Assembly (NCBI GenBank): GCA_963663845.2 | Contig: OY760650.2 | Span: 3,149,509-3,213,508 of the forward strand | Direction: 5' to 3' | Source: Terriglobia bacterium | GTDB lineage: Bacteria > Acidobacteriota > Terriglobia > Versatilivoradales > Versatilivoraceae | Length of the DNA stretch: 64,000 bases | Part shown: piece by piece, positions 18,935 through 28,435 of the stretch | Layout of the letters: each line of letters begins with the position of its first letter | How positions within the stretch are numbered: position 1 is the first letter of the stretch | Position numbers and translations under genes: made by a program | The notes under the pieces: model-generated | What the model saw: the letters and a program-made list of their open reading frames with translations, nothing else | Database searches by the model: none | What the model was told of the DNA's origin: nothing

Positions 18935-20518
18935 CTAGTCTCCCTGCTTTCTGACCAGCAGGTCCGTATCGCCCGAGTCACGGTTGATGAGAGCCTTGGC
19001 CTGGGGAAGCACCTCCAGCGCCTTGGCGAATTGGGGGTCGTTCTCCAGGAGAACCTTGTGAGCCTCGGCTTGACCCACCCGAGAGAGGAAGTATTCGTAG
19101 CGCATCTGGAACTCGATGAAGTCCAGGTTGTCCTGAAAGTCGCTTTCCTTGTAGACCAGTTTTTGGTCGGTCAGAAAAGTCCGGAATTCCTTCAGGATTT
19201 CAGGCGTCGCCTGAAAATTCCGGTCCACGGTCGGATGGTCGGCGTTGTAGGCGCGGATGAAGCTGAAGACCAGCCCCCTGCTGGTGAGCAGCAGTTGGAA
19301 TTCATTGATCTTCCTGGTCTTGACCTGGAAATCGGGAGTAATGCCGCCTCCGCCGTAAACCTCGCGGCCACTGGCGGTCTTGTAGACCTTCCGCTTCTCG
19401 GAGTCCTTGTTTCTGGCGTAGTAGTAGTCGATGTAGGATTGGTTGGCGTAATCTCTCTGGATGAGCCGTCCGCTGGGAGTGTGCCACTTGGCGGTGGTGA
19501 GGGAAACGCCCGAGCCGTTGTCCAGGGGATAGACCGTCTGAACCAGACCCTTGCCGAAACTGACTTCACCCACCAGCAGCCCGCGATCATGGTCCTGAAT
19601 GGCGCCGGCCACGATTTCGGAAGCGCTGGCGCTGCCGGTGTTGATGAGCACCACCAGCGGGAACAGCACTCCCCCGGATCCTCGGGGGGCTTCGTAGGAC
19701 TGCTTGGCGCTCGGCGTGCGCCCGTCGGTAATCAGGACCTTCTGGCCCTTCTTCAGGAATTTGTCGGCCACCTGGATGGCCGCCTGCAGGTACCCTCCGG
19801 GGTTGGATCTCAGGTCGAAGATCAGACCCTGCAGATCGGGTCCCAGCTCTTCCAGGCTCTCCTGGACTTCCCGGTTGGTGGTCTCGTTGAAGGTGGCGAG
19901 CTTGATGTAGCCGATGCCCGGGCGGAAGAAGAAGGCGAAGGGGACACTGTGGTGAGGGATCTCGTCGCGAACGATGGCCATATCGAGCAGCTTGGGGATT
20001 CCGGCCCGGTCTATGGAGATGTTGACCACCGTTCCCTTGGGGCCCCTCAGCCGCTCCACCACGGCCTGAATATCCAATCCCTCGGTGGGATTTCCTTCGA
20101 TCCTGGCGATGACGTCCCCGGAGCGAATGCCCAAGCGGTATGCGGGCGTCCCGGGAATGGGCGTGATCACGGTGGGCATGGCGTTCTTCATGGAGATGAT
20201 GATGCCCAGCCCATAGAAATTCCCGCGCTGGTCTTCCCGGAATTGGGCGAACTGCTTGGCGTCGAAGAAGTTCGAATGGGGATCCAACGTCTTCAGCATG
20301 CTTCGCAGCGAGGCGTGAACGCTCTTCTCGACGTCGATTTCGTCGGCATAGTACTGCTCGGCCAGATCGAGCACGGCGGAGTAGACGTTGAGCAGGCGAT
20401 TGCGTTCGTCGGACTGGGACGTGGCTTGAACCGGCCTCCCCCAAAATCCTCCAATCAGGGAGGCGATAACGATGACGGCCGCGACTGTGGTCCAGGATCG
20501 AAGTCTCTGCATATCCAC
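18935..20518 (-). CDS. carboxy-terminal processing protease, S41 family, with PDZ domain
   Basis: 527 aa. N-terminal membrane anchor, 'FYGLGIIISM', PDZ-like 'SGDVIARIEGNPTEG', 'LIFDLRSNPGGYL', 'LINTGSASASEIVAGA'. Confidence 0.9.
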   Translation of the reverse strand: MDMQRLRSWTTVAAVIVIASLIGGFWGRPVQATSQSDERNRLLNVYSAVLDLAEQYYADEIDVEKSVHASLRSMLKTLDPHSNFFDAKQFAQFREDQRGNFYGLGIIISMKNAMPTVITPIPGTPAYRLGIRSGDVIARIEGNPTEGLDIQAVVERLRGPKGTVVNISIDRAGIPKLLDMAIVRDEIPHHSVPFAFFFRPGIGYIKLATFNETTNREVQESLEELGPDLQGLIFDLRSNPGGYLQAAIQVADKFLKKGQKVLITDGRTPSAKQSYEAPRGSGGVLFPLVVLINTGSASASEIVAGAIQDHDRGLLVGEVSFGKGLVQTVYPLDNGSGVSLTTAKWHTPSGRLIQRDYANQSYIDYYYARNKDSEKRKVYKTASGREVYGGGGITPDFQVKTRKINEFQLLLTSRGLVFSFIRAYNADHPTVDRNFQATPEILKEFRTFLTDQKLVYKESDFQDNLDFIEFQMRYEYFLSRVGQAEAHKVLLENDPQFAKALEVLPQAKALINRDSGDTDLLVRKQGD

Positions 20519-20599
20519 CTCTTGAGTCGGCCCAAATATAGCATCGGCCCCCGCTTCAAGTAAAGCCTCAAACGGACAGCCTCGAACGCGAGCCCTGCC

Positions 20600-20628
20600 T
20601 TGACTTGAACCCCCGCTCCCATTATGAT
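20600..20628 (+). promoter_or_regulatory. sigma70-type promoter upstream of tatA
   Basis: TTGACT-17 nt-TATGAT. GGAGG ribosome-binding site at 20640-20644 and ATG at 20650. Confidence 0.5.
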
Positions 20629-20649
20629 TCGGTACGTTTGGAGGAACGC

Positions 20650-21129
20650 ATGGGACCGCTCGGCGTACCCGAATTGATCATCATTTTTATCGTGGCCCTG
20701 CTGGTTTTCGGGCCTCGAAAGTTGCCGGAGCTGGGGAAGTCTCTCGGCCGGGGGCTCTCCGAGTTCCGGCGCGCCTCCAACGAGCTCAGAAATACCCTGG
20801 AGGAAGAGGTTCGCGCGGCCGAATACGAGCCTCCCCCTCCCCCACCCAAGCTGGACAAGCCGGCGGAAGCCGCGCCTGCCGACCCTCAGCCGGCCGTCGA
20901 GACCGGGGAGGAAACACCGCCGCCGACCACTTCGGAAGCGGAGGCCGGTGACACCGCGGCCGAGGCCGCCTCCGTCGAGGAGAAAGCTGAAGCACCCTCC
21001 CAACATTCGGAAGCCGACGCCGGCCCGGAGCCGGAGGCTGCCCCAGCCTCCCCGCCCGGCTTGAGCTCGGAAGCCACGGCTGAATCCAAGCCTGAACCCA
21101 AGCCTGAACCCAAGCCGGATGGACACTGA
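20650..21129 (+). CDS. tatA: twin-arginine translocase TatA/E-family protein with a long acidic Pro-rich tail
   Basis: 'MGPLGVPELIIIFIVALLVFGPRKLPELGKSLGRGLSEFRRA', then about 110 aa of low-complexity tail ending in KPEPKPEPKPD. Confidence 0.85.
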   Translation: MGPLGVPELIIIFIVALLVFGPRKLPELGKSLGRGLSEFRRASNELRNTLEEEVRAAEYEPPPPPPKLDKPAEAAPADPQPAVETGEETPPPTTSEAEAGDTAAEAASVEEKAEAPSQHSEADAGPEPEAAPASPPGLSSEATAESKPEPKPEPKPDGH

Positions 21130-21889
21130 CCCGACGGGCGAGAAAGAGCTGGCGGCGTCCGGCAAGATGTCCTTTCTGGATCATCTGGACGAGTTGCGCC
21201 GGCGCATCATCGTCGCCGTCGTCGCGGTGGGCATCAGTTTCGTCGCCTGCTGGATCTTTCACGAGAGAATCTTCGAATTCCTGTCGGTCCCCATCACCCA
21301 GCACCTGGGAGACCGCAAGCTGGCCTATCTGCGCCCCACCGAGCCCTTCATGATCTACATGAAGGCTTCTTTCTACGCCGGGATCTTTCTGGCCTCCCCG
21401 GTGGTTCTGTGGCAGGTCTGGCTGTTCATTGCCCCCGGGCTCTATTCCCGGGAGAAGCGATACGCCATACCCTTCCTGCTGTCGTCCAGCATTCTCTTCA
21501 TCCTGGGGGGGATCTTTGCCTACGCGGTCGGCCTTCCCATGACCTTGAACTTTCTCACCAATTTCGGCCAAGCCTTTGAGGAGATGGTGACCGCGACCTT
21601 CTATTTCGACTTTGCTCTGGTCATCATCTTGGGATGCGCCATCATTTTCGAGATTCCGATCGTCATCTTCTTCCTCTCCATCATGGGCGTCACCAATGCC
21701 CGATTCCTGTTGCGAAACCTTCGCTACGCGGTCCTCATTATTTTCATTGCGGCAGCCGTCATCACGCCGACTCCGGACATCCCAACCTTGATGGTCTTCG
21801 CCGCGCCCATGCTGCTGCTGTACCTGGTGGGCGTATTGGTAGCCTGGATCTTCGGCAAGAAGCGCCTCAAGGGCGAGGATTCCGACTGA
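21119..21889 (+). CDS. tatC: twin-arginine translocase subunit TatC
   Basis: 256 aa. 'MSFLDHLDELRRRII', six hydrophobic segments, 'FEIPIVIFFLS'. An alternative start at 21167 is possible. Confidence 0.9.
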   Translation: MDTDPTGEKELAASGKMSFLDHLDELRRRIIVAVVAVGISFVACWIFHERIFEFLSVPITQHLGDRKLAYLRPTEPFMIYMKASFYAGIFLASPVVLWQVWLFIAPGLYSREKRYAIPFLLSSSILFILGGIFAYAVGLPMTLNFLTNFGQAFEEMVTATFYFDFALVIILGCAIIFEIPIVIFFLSIMGVTNARFLLRNLRYAVLIIFIAAAVITPTPDIPTLMVFAAPMLLLYLVGVLVAWIFGKKRLKGEDSD

Positions 21890-21916
21890 CCCTCGCCCTC
21901 CTGCCGGTGACCTGCC

Positions 21917-23323
21917 ATGGCCGATTCTCCCGGCGCAGATCGGAAGTCCTTGAGGGCACGCCTGGTCAAGGGCAAGCCGATCTTCAGGCGCCACCTCTAC
22001 ATCAGCTCCGCTCTCTTTCTGCTGGTGATCGCCGCCATCGCCTTTTCGCTGTTCGACCTGGCCAACCGCTGGGCAGACGAGCGGGTGGAGCTTGAAATGG
22101 AGGCATTGCGCGACGATTTGAAGGATCGGATCGAGAATCACATGCGCCTCGTCGACCTGGAGCTTGCGGGCGCCGGCCCGGCCGATGAGCTTCGACGCCG
22201 GCAGCAGATGGAGCCCTACCTGGAGGAGTTGCTGGCGGCCCATGACGAGGTCGTCTACGTTTTTGCGCAGCATCCCCGGGGAGACCTGGCCTGGCAGCGC
22301 TTGCAGATGGGAAGGGAGCTGGAGCGGAGCCAATTTCCCGACCTCATTCTGCCCCCCGGAGCCGCGCGCAGCCCCAGTCAGGAAATCGCTTCGGTCAGCA
22401 ATCCCGGAGAGCGCATTACCGATTGGGTCGAACCGGTTGTTTCCCGGGGACAATTGAGGCTGTTCATCCATTTCGGCTTCGACAACACCCTCATCGCCAG
22501 CCGGGTGGCGGAAGACCGGAGCCGGATCAACCGGCAGATCCTGGCGGCCTCCTCGGTGGTGCTGGCGCTTCTGCTGGTGGCCCTGTTCTACGTGCGCTGG
22601 CTGCTCAAGCGAGCCCAGGTGATCGAGGCCGAAGCCCACACGGCCGACCGGCTGGCGGTTCTGGGGACGCTGGCCAGCGGGTTGGCCCACGAGATCCGGA
22701 ACCCTCTGAGCGCCATCAACCTGAATCTGCAGATGATCGAAGAAGAAGTCTCCCAGTCACCGGCCCATTCCGGCGAGATGGCCCAGCTCCTGGCCGGGGC
22801 CAAGTCGGAGATTCGGCGGCTGGAGCGGTTGGCGCGCAATTTCCTGGTCTATGCCAAGCCGTTGAGGCTGGACCGAAAGGTGGTGTCGCTGCCCCAGGTT
22901 CTGAACCATGTGGTTCAACTGGTGGCCAGGGAGTGTGACAGAGCGGGAATCGAGTTGGCGAGGCAGGATGGTCCGGGAGAGCTGGAGGTTCGGGGTGACC
23001 GGGACCTGTTGCAGCAGGCCGTGATGAACCTGCTGGTCAATGCCAGGGAAGCCGTCCTGGCCAGGGAGGATGGACCCCGCCGCATCTCGATGGGGGCCAG
23101 GCGGGACTCGGGCCGCCTGGTGGTCCGGGTTCGCGATAGCGGCGCCGGAGTCTCTGAGGGGGAAGCCGGCCGGCTCTTCGACCTGTTTTATTCCAGCAAG
23201 CGCGGCGGGACGGGTTTGGGCCTGCCCATTGCCCAACGGATCGTGGAAGCCCACGACGGTCGCTTGGAGTGGAAGAACAACGACCGGGGAGGAGCGGAGT
23301 TCTCGATGATCTTCAACCGGTAG
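21917..23323 (+). CDS. membrane sensor histidine kinase
   Basis: 468 aa. H-box 'LASGLAHEIRNPLSAI', N-box 'LLVNAREA', G-boxes 'RDSGAGV' and 'GTGLGLPIAQ'. Confidence 0.9.
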   Translation: MADSPGADRKSLRARLVKGKPIFRRHLYISSALFLLVIAAIAFSLFDLANRWADERVELEMEALRDDLKDRIENHMRLVDLELAGAGPADELRRRQQMEPYLEELLAAHDEVVYVFAQHPRGDLAWQRLQMGRELERSQFPDLILPPGAARSPSQEIASVSNPGERITDWVEPVVSRGQLRLFIHFGFDNTLIASRVAEDRSRINRQILAASSVVLALLLVALFYVRWLLKRAQVIEAEAHTADRLAVLGTLASGLAHEIRNPLSAINLNLQMIEEEVSQSPAHSGEMAQLLAGAKSEIRRLERLARNFLVYAKPLRLDRKVVSLPQVLNHVVQLVARECDRAGIELARQDGPGELEVRGDRDLLQQAVMNLLVNAREAVLAREDGPRRISMGARRDSGRLVVRVRDSGAGVSEGEAGRLFDLFYSSKRGGTGLGLPIAQRIVEAHDGRLEWKNNDRGGAEFSMIFNR

Positions 23324-23465
23324 CAAGGCTGTGCCGCAAACCGAAACGCCGGCGAAAAGAGATATCCACGAAGAGACACGAAGAACGACGAAGGGACACG
23401 AAGAAAAACCCGGTCAATTGTTGGTTGGGGAGATGTTCCCATTGGCTGAATGCCGTTGCCCCCCC

Positions 23466-23499
23466 ACAAAAAAAAGCCACCGGAGCGGGCTCCGGTGGC
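23466..23499 (-). terminator. intrinsic terminator downstream of groEL
   Basis: Hairpin GCCACCGGA/TCCGGTGGC at 23476-23499, followed on the minus strand by a run of 8 T (23468-23475). Lies 24 nt after the groEL stop. Confidence 0.7.
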
Positions 23500-23522
23500 T
23501 TTGAGGGTTTTCGGTCGCGGCG

Positions 23523-25145
<1,623 letters not shown>

Positions 25146-25215
25146 TCATTCCTCCATGTTTTTCGTGGGTTGATCTGTCGAGGCCGGATTGGCCCGGGTG
25201 GAACGCCGTTGCCTG

Positions 25216-25512
25216 CTAGCCGGCGTCCGCAAGGATACCGAGGACCTCGTCTTCCCTCAGGATGAGGTATTCCTCACCTTCAATCTTGATGTCGGTTCCT
25301 GAATATTTGCCGAAGAGTATGTGGTCGTCTTCCTTGACCTCCAGGTTCAAACGGGTCCCGTCGTCCAGGATCTTTCCGTTGCCCACCGCCACCACAATGC
25401 CTTCCTGGGGCTTTTCCTTGGCGGTGTCGGGAATGATGATCCCACCCCTGACGTTTTCGGTCTCCTCGATGCGCCTGATCAGTATCCGGTCGTGGAGCGG
25501 TCTGACCTTCAT
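25216..25512 (-). CDS. groS: co-chaperonin GroES
   Basis: 98 aa. '[14 protein letters not shown]...[16 protein letters not shown]'. Confidence 0.97.
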   Translation of the reverse strand: MKVRPLHDRILIRRIEETENVRGGIIIPDTAKEKPQEGIVVAVGNGKILDDGTRLNLEVKEDDHILFGKYSGTDIKIEGEEYLILREDEVLGILADAG

Positions 25513-25568
25513 GCCGGCATCTCCTTTCTATTCCACAATGTCACCAGTCTCCGTTCGGAGCGGAGTGG

Positions 25569-25595
25569 TTAGCACTCCAGATTCGAGAGTGCTGA
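25569..25595 (-). promoter_or_regulatory. CIRCE operator (HrcA binding site) upstream of groES
   Basis: TTAGCACTC-N9-GAGTGCTGA, a near-perfect match to the CIRCE inverted repeat TTAGCACTC-N9-GAGTGCTAA. Confidence 0.85.
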
Positions 25596-25623
25596 TAATA
25601 GGAACGGGTCCCTAGCGAGTCAA
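25595..25623 (-). promoter_or_regulatory. sigma70-type promoter of groESL
   Basis: Minus strand reads TTGACT-17 nt-TATTAT immediately upstream of CIRCE. It overlaps the 3' end of the Fis-type gene. Confidence 0.55.
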
Positions 25624-25890
25624 GCGTTTTTTGGGTGGGCCGGCTTTTTTTCGGGGGCTGGAGTGGTTGGAGGACGAGAGCTTTTTTTGAAGGGTGTTGC
25701 GGTGGATTCCCAACCTCTTGGCGGTCTGGGTCCGATTGCCCCTCGATCGCTCCAAACACTTGATGATGAACTGTTTTTCGAATTCCTTGGTGGCTTCTTC
25801 ATAGAGAAGCCCCCGGTCCAGCATTTCGGTGATCAGACGGTCCAGTTGGTCTTTCACGATCGAGTCCCCATTTCTAAGCGTCCTCTTCAC
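25612..25890 (-). CDS. Fis-family helix-turn-helix DNA-binding protein
   Basis: 92 aa. 'FEKQFIIKCLERSRGNRTQTAKRLGIHRNTLQKKL'. Confidence 0.75.
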   Translation of the reverse strand: MKRTLRNGDSIVKDQLDRLITEMLDRGLLYEEATKEFEKQFIIKCLERSRGNRTQTAKRLGIHRNTLQKKLSSSNHSSPRKKAGPPKKRLTR

Positions 25891-26440
25891 TCGCCGGCTC
25901 GGATTGTTCCCGCCAGAGTCTCTCCACTTCGCCGTAGCCTTCCATGAATCGATCCTTCAGGGTCTGAGGAGTGAGCACGATCAGGCCCCGGGCGCTGACC
26001 AGGAGGAAGGGGGCCAACCTGGCTTTCTGGACGCTGGCCAACTGCACCCGGAAGGTCGTCAGGAGCAGGACCAGAACGGCAGCGATCATCCAGCCGCGAA
26101 TCAGTCCGAAGGCGGCTCCCAGCAGGCGATCGAACCACTGCAGGTGAGCCACTCTCACGAATTTGTGCACCAAGAAGGAGACCAGGGCGCCTGCAATCAG
26201 GCATCCCGCGAAAATCGTCACGAAGCCCAGGGTGGCGGCGAGGTTCCGGCTCCCGACGAACTGAAGCAGGAACTCGCCGGTCGTGGGATAGAGCCGCGAA
26301 GCCAGCACGATTCCAACCACGACCGACCCCAGCGAGATGGACTCCCGGACGAAGCCCTTCAGCAGACTGCCCGCTACGGAGATGAACACCACCGCCAGGA
26401 CGACCCAGTCGAGGGAGTTCAGGTCGTGGAGAGGCTCCAT
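25874..26440 (-). CDS. cvpA: CvpA-family membrane protein
   Basis: 188 aa with four hydrophobic segments. 'LNSLDWVVLAVVFISVAGSLLKGFVRE', 'DRLLGAAFGLIRG'. Confidence 0.7.
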   Translation of the reverse strand: MEPLHDLNSLDWVVLAVVFISVAGSLLKGFVRESISLGSVVVGIVLASRLYPTTGEFLLQFVGSRNLAATLGFVTIFAGCLIAGALVSFLVHKFVRVAHLQWFDRLLGAAFGLIRGWMIAAVLVLLLTTFRVQLASVQKARLAPFLLVSARGLIVLTPQTLKDRFMEGYGEVERLWREQSEPASEEDA

Positions 26441-26444
26441 CCGG

Positions 26445-27392
26445 TCAGTCCCTCCTGTCCATCAACTCTTCAATCATCTCTCTGCCGCGGACTTTGACGG
26501 AGCCGATGCGAACGTGCGGCTTGACTCTCCCGTGAAAGTCCGAGCCGGCGGTCTTCACCAGGTCCCAGCGAGCCGCCCAGTCGGAGAACCGTCGAGTCGA
26601 TTGGGGATCGTGGTAGGAGGAGTACACCTCCAGCCCCGCCAGCCCATGGGCGACAAAGGTCTCCAGCACCGTCTCATCGGCCTCGTAGCCGGGCGCCCCG
26701 GGGTGGGCCAGCACCGGGACGCCGCCTGCCCGGCGGATCAACTGCAGGGCTTCCGGGGTTTCGAGCCGCTCCATCTCGGCAAAGGCGGGTTTCCCCCGGG
26801 CGAAGAAGTCTCGATAAAAGGCGATGACCCCTCGGGCGGCGTCCTTTCCGTGAAGATAGCGACGCAGCCTGGGGGACTCCTGGGATTGGGGTTTCGCCAG
26901 GAGGGCTTGAGCGATGGCAGGGCCCGTCGGTATCGGGTTGCCGGTCGCTCGCATGACCTCTTCGTAGGTAATCTCGAAACCGCAGTCCCGCAGCCGCTCG
27001 ACCCTCGCTTTCGCCTGTTGGCGTCTTCCCTCGGCCAGGACCTGGAGCCTCGACTGCAGCTCGGCGGACCGGTAGTCGACCAGGGGGGCCAGCACGTGGA
27101 ACTTGCGGGCCAGGTAGTGCGTGCTGATCTCGACGTTGGGGTAGAACTCGAGGGGAAATTCCCGGGCCAGACGCGTCCCCTCGGCCACGGCCGCCACCGT
27201 GTCGTGGTCGGAGATGCAAAGACCGGCAAGACCGGCCTCGCAAGCCATTTCAAAGAGCCGCCGGGGCGGATGGTCCGCGTCGCTGGAGTGATTCGAGTGA
27301 ATGTGCAGGTCGTAGAAGCGAGCTGCTTTCTGCAAGGCGAACTCCCGGCAGTCAGCCGTCCAGTTTTCTACCGGTGAGGCGCTCGAAAGCAT
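26445..27392 (-). CDS. PHP-domain phosphoesterase
   Basis: 'YDLHIHSNHSSDA', 'ISDHDT', 'AHPG', 'GSDFHG'. The real start is probably TTG 27335 (GGGAG ribosome-binding site), which removes the overlap with purC. Confidence 0.8.
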   Translation of the reverse strand: MLSSASPVENWTADCREFALQKAARFYDLHIHSNHSSDADHPPRRLFEMACEAGLAGLCISDHDTVAAVAEGTRLAREFPLEFYPNVEISTHYLARKFHVLAPLVDYRSAELQSRLQVLAEGRRQQAKARVERLRDCGFEITYEEVMRATGNPIPTGPAIAQALLAKPQSQESPRLRRYLHGKDAARGVIAFYRDFFARGKPAFAEMERLETPEALQLIRRAGGVPVLAHPGAPGYEADETVLETFVAHGLAGLEVYSSYHDPQSTRRFSDWAARWDLVKTAGSDFHGRVKPHVRIGSVKVRGREMIEELMDRRD

Positions 27393-28251
27393 CCATGTAC
27401 TTCCGGCTGGTCGCTTCCACCACCCAGTCGGGCAGCTCGGGGGCGGGGGGCTTCTTGTTCCACTGAATCTCTTCCAGGTAGTTCCGCACGAACTGCTTGT
27501 CGAAGGGCTGCTGGGGTTTTCCGGGCTGGTAGTCGGAAGCCGGCCAGAACCGGGACGAGTCCGGAGTCAGCACCTCGTCGACGAGAATGATGTCGCCCTG
27601 GTAGGCGCCGAACTCGAACTTGGTGTCGGCGATGATGAAGCCCTTGGAAACCGCGTAATCCCGGGCCTTGCAGTAGATGGCCAAAGAGATGTCGCGGAGC
27701 CTCTCGGCCGTGTCCTGCCCAATCACGTCGACCATTCGTTCAAAGGAGATATTTTCGTCGTGACCGGTGGTGGCCTTGGTGGCGGGAGTAAAGAGTGGCT
27801 CCTCCAGGCGGGCCGATTCCGGCAGTCCTGGAGGCAGTTGGATGCCGCACACCGACCGGGACTGCTGGTACTCCTTCCAGCCCGATCCGGCCAGGTATCC
27901 CCTGACCACGCATTCCACCGGGAAGACCTCGGCTCGCTTCACCAGCATCGATCGTCCAGCCAGCAGGTGGGCATGGGGCTGAAGATCGGCCGGGTACTCC
28001 TCAACGTCGGCAGTCACCAGGTGGTGGGGAACGATATCGCCGATGCGCTCGAACCAGAAGAGCGACATCTGGGTCAGGATGCGTCCCTTGTTGGGAATGC
28101 CACTGGCCAGCACGTAGTCGAAGGCGGAAATTCTGTCGGTGGCGATGATCAGCAGGTGGTCCCCGACTTGGTAGTTGTCTCGAACCTTGCCTCGGCCGAC
28201 CAGGGGGTGATGGGGTAAATTTACCTCGGTTTGCAGGCTCTCTGCGGCCAT
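27352..28251 (-). CDS. purC: phosphoribosylaminoimidazole-succinocarboxamide (SAICAR) synthase
   Basis: 299 aa from ATG 28251. 'GKVRDNY', 'LIIATDRISAFD', 'IIADTKFEFG', 'LVDEVLTPDSSRFW'. Confidence 0.93.
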   Translation of the reverse strand: MAAESLQTEVNLPHHPLVGRGKVRDNYQVGDHLLIIATDRISAFDYVLASGIPNKGRILTQMSLFWFERIGDIVPHHLVTADVEEYPADLQPHAHLLAGRSMLVKRAEVFPVECVVRGYLAGSGWKEYQQSRSVCGIQLPPGLPESARLEEPLFTPATKATTGHDENISFERMVDVIGQDTAERLRDISLAIYCKARDYAVSKGFIIADTKFEFGAYQGDIILVDEVLTPDSSRFWPASDYQPGKPQQPFDKQFVRNYLEEIQWNKKPPAPELPDWVVEATSRKYMDAFERLTGRKLDG

Positions 28252-28435
28252 GGGATTACTCGCTGTCCTTTCGTTTGGGAACGCCGGGCGGAAGCAGGGA
28301 GGAGACCCTCGAACCCTTCGGCTTGCCCGGATTTTTTCTTCAGGAGGGGGCCATTCTAGTACATGGAGGACGGTTGTCAAGGCTCATGTGAGAACCCGTT
28401 TGAAACCCGCCGGAAGACGGCCGGCGGAAGGGAAA

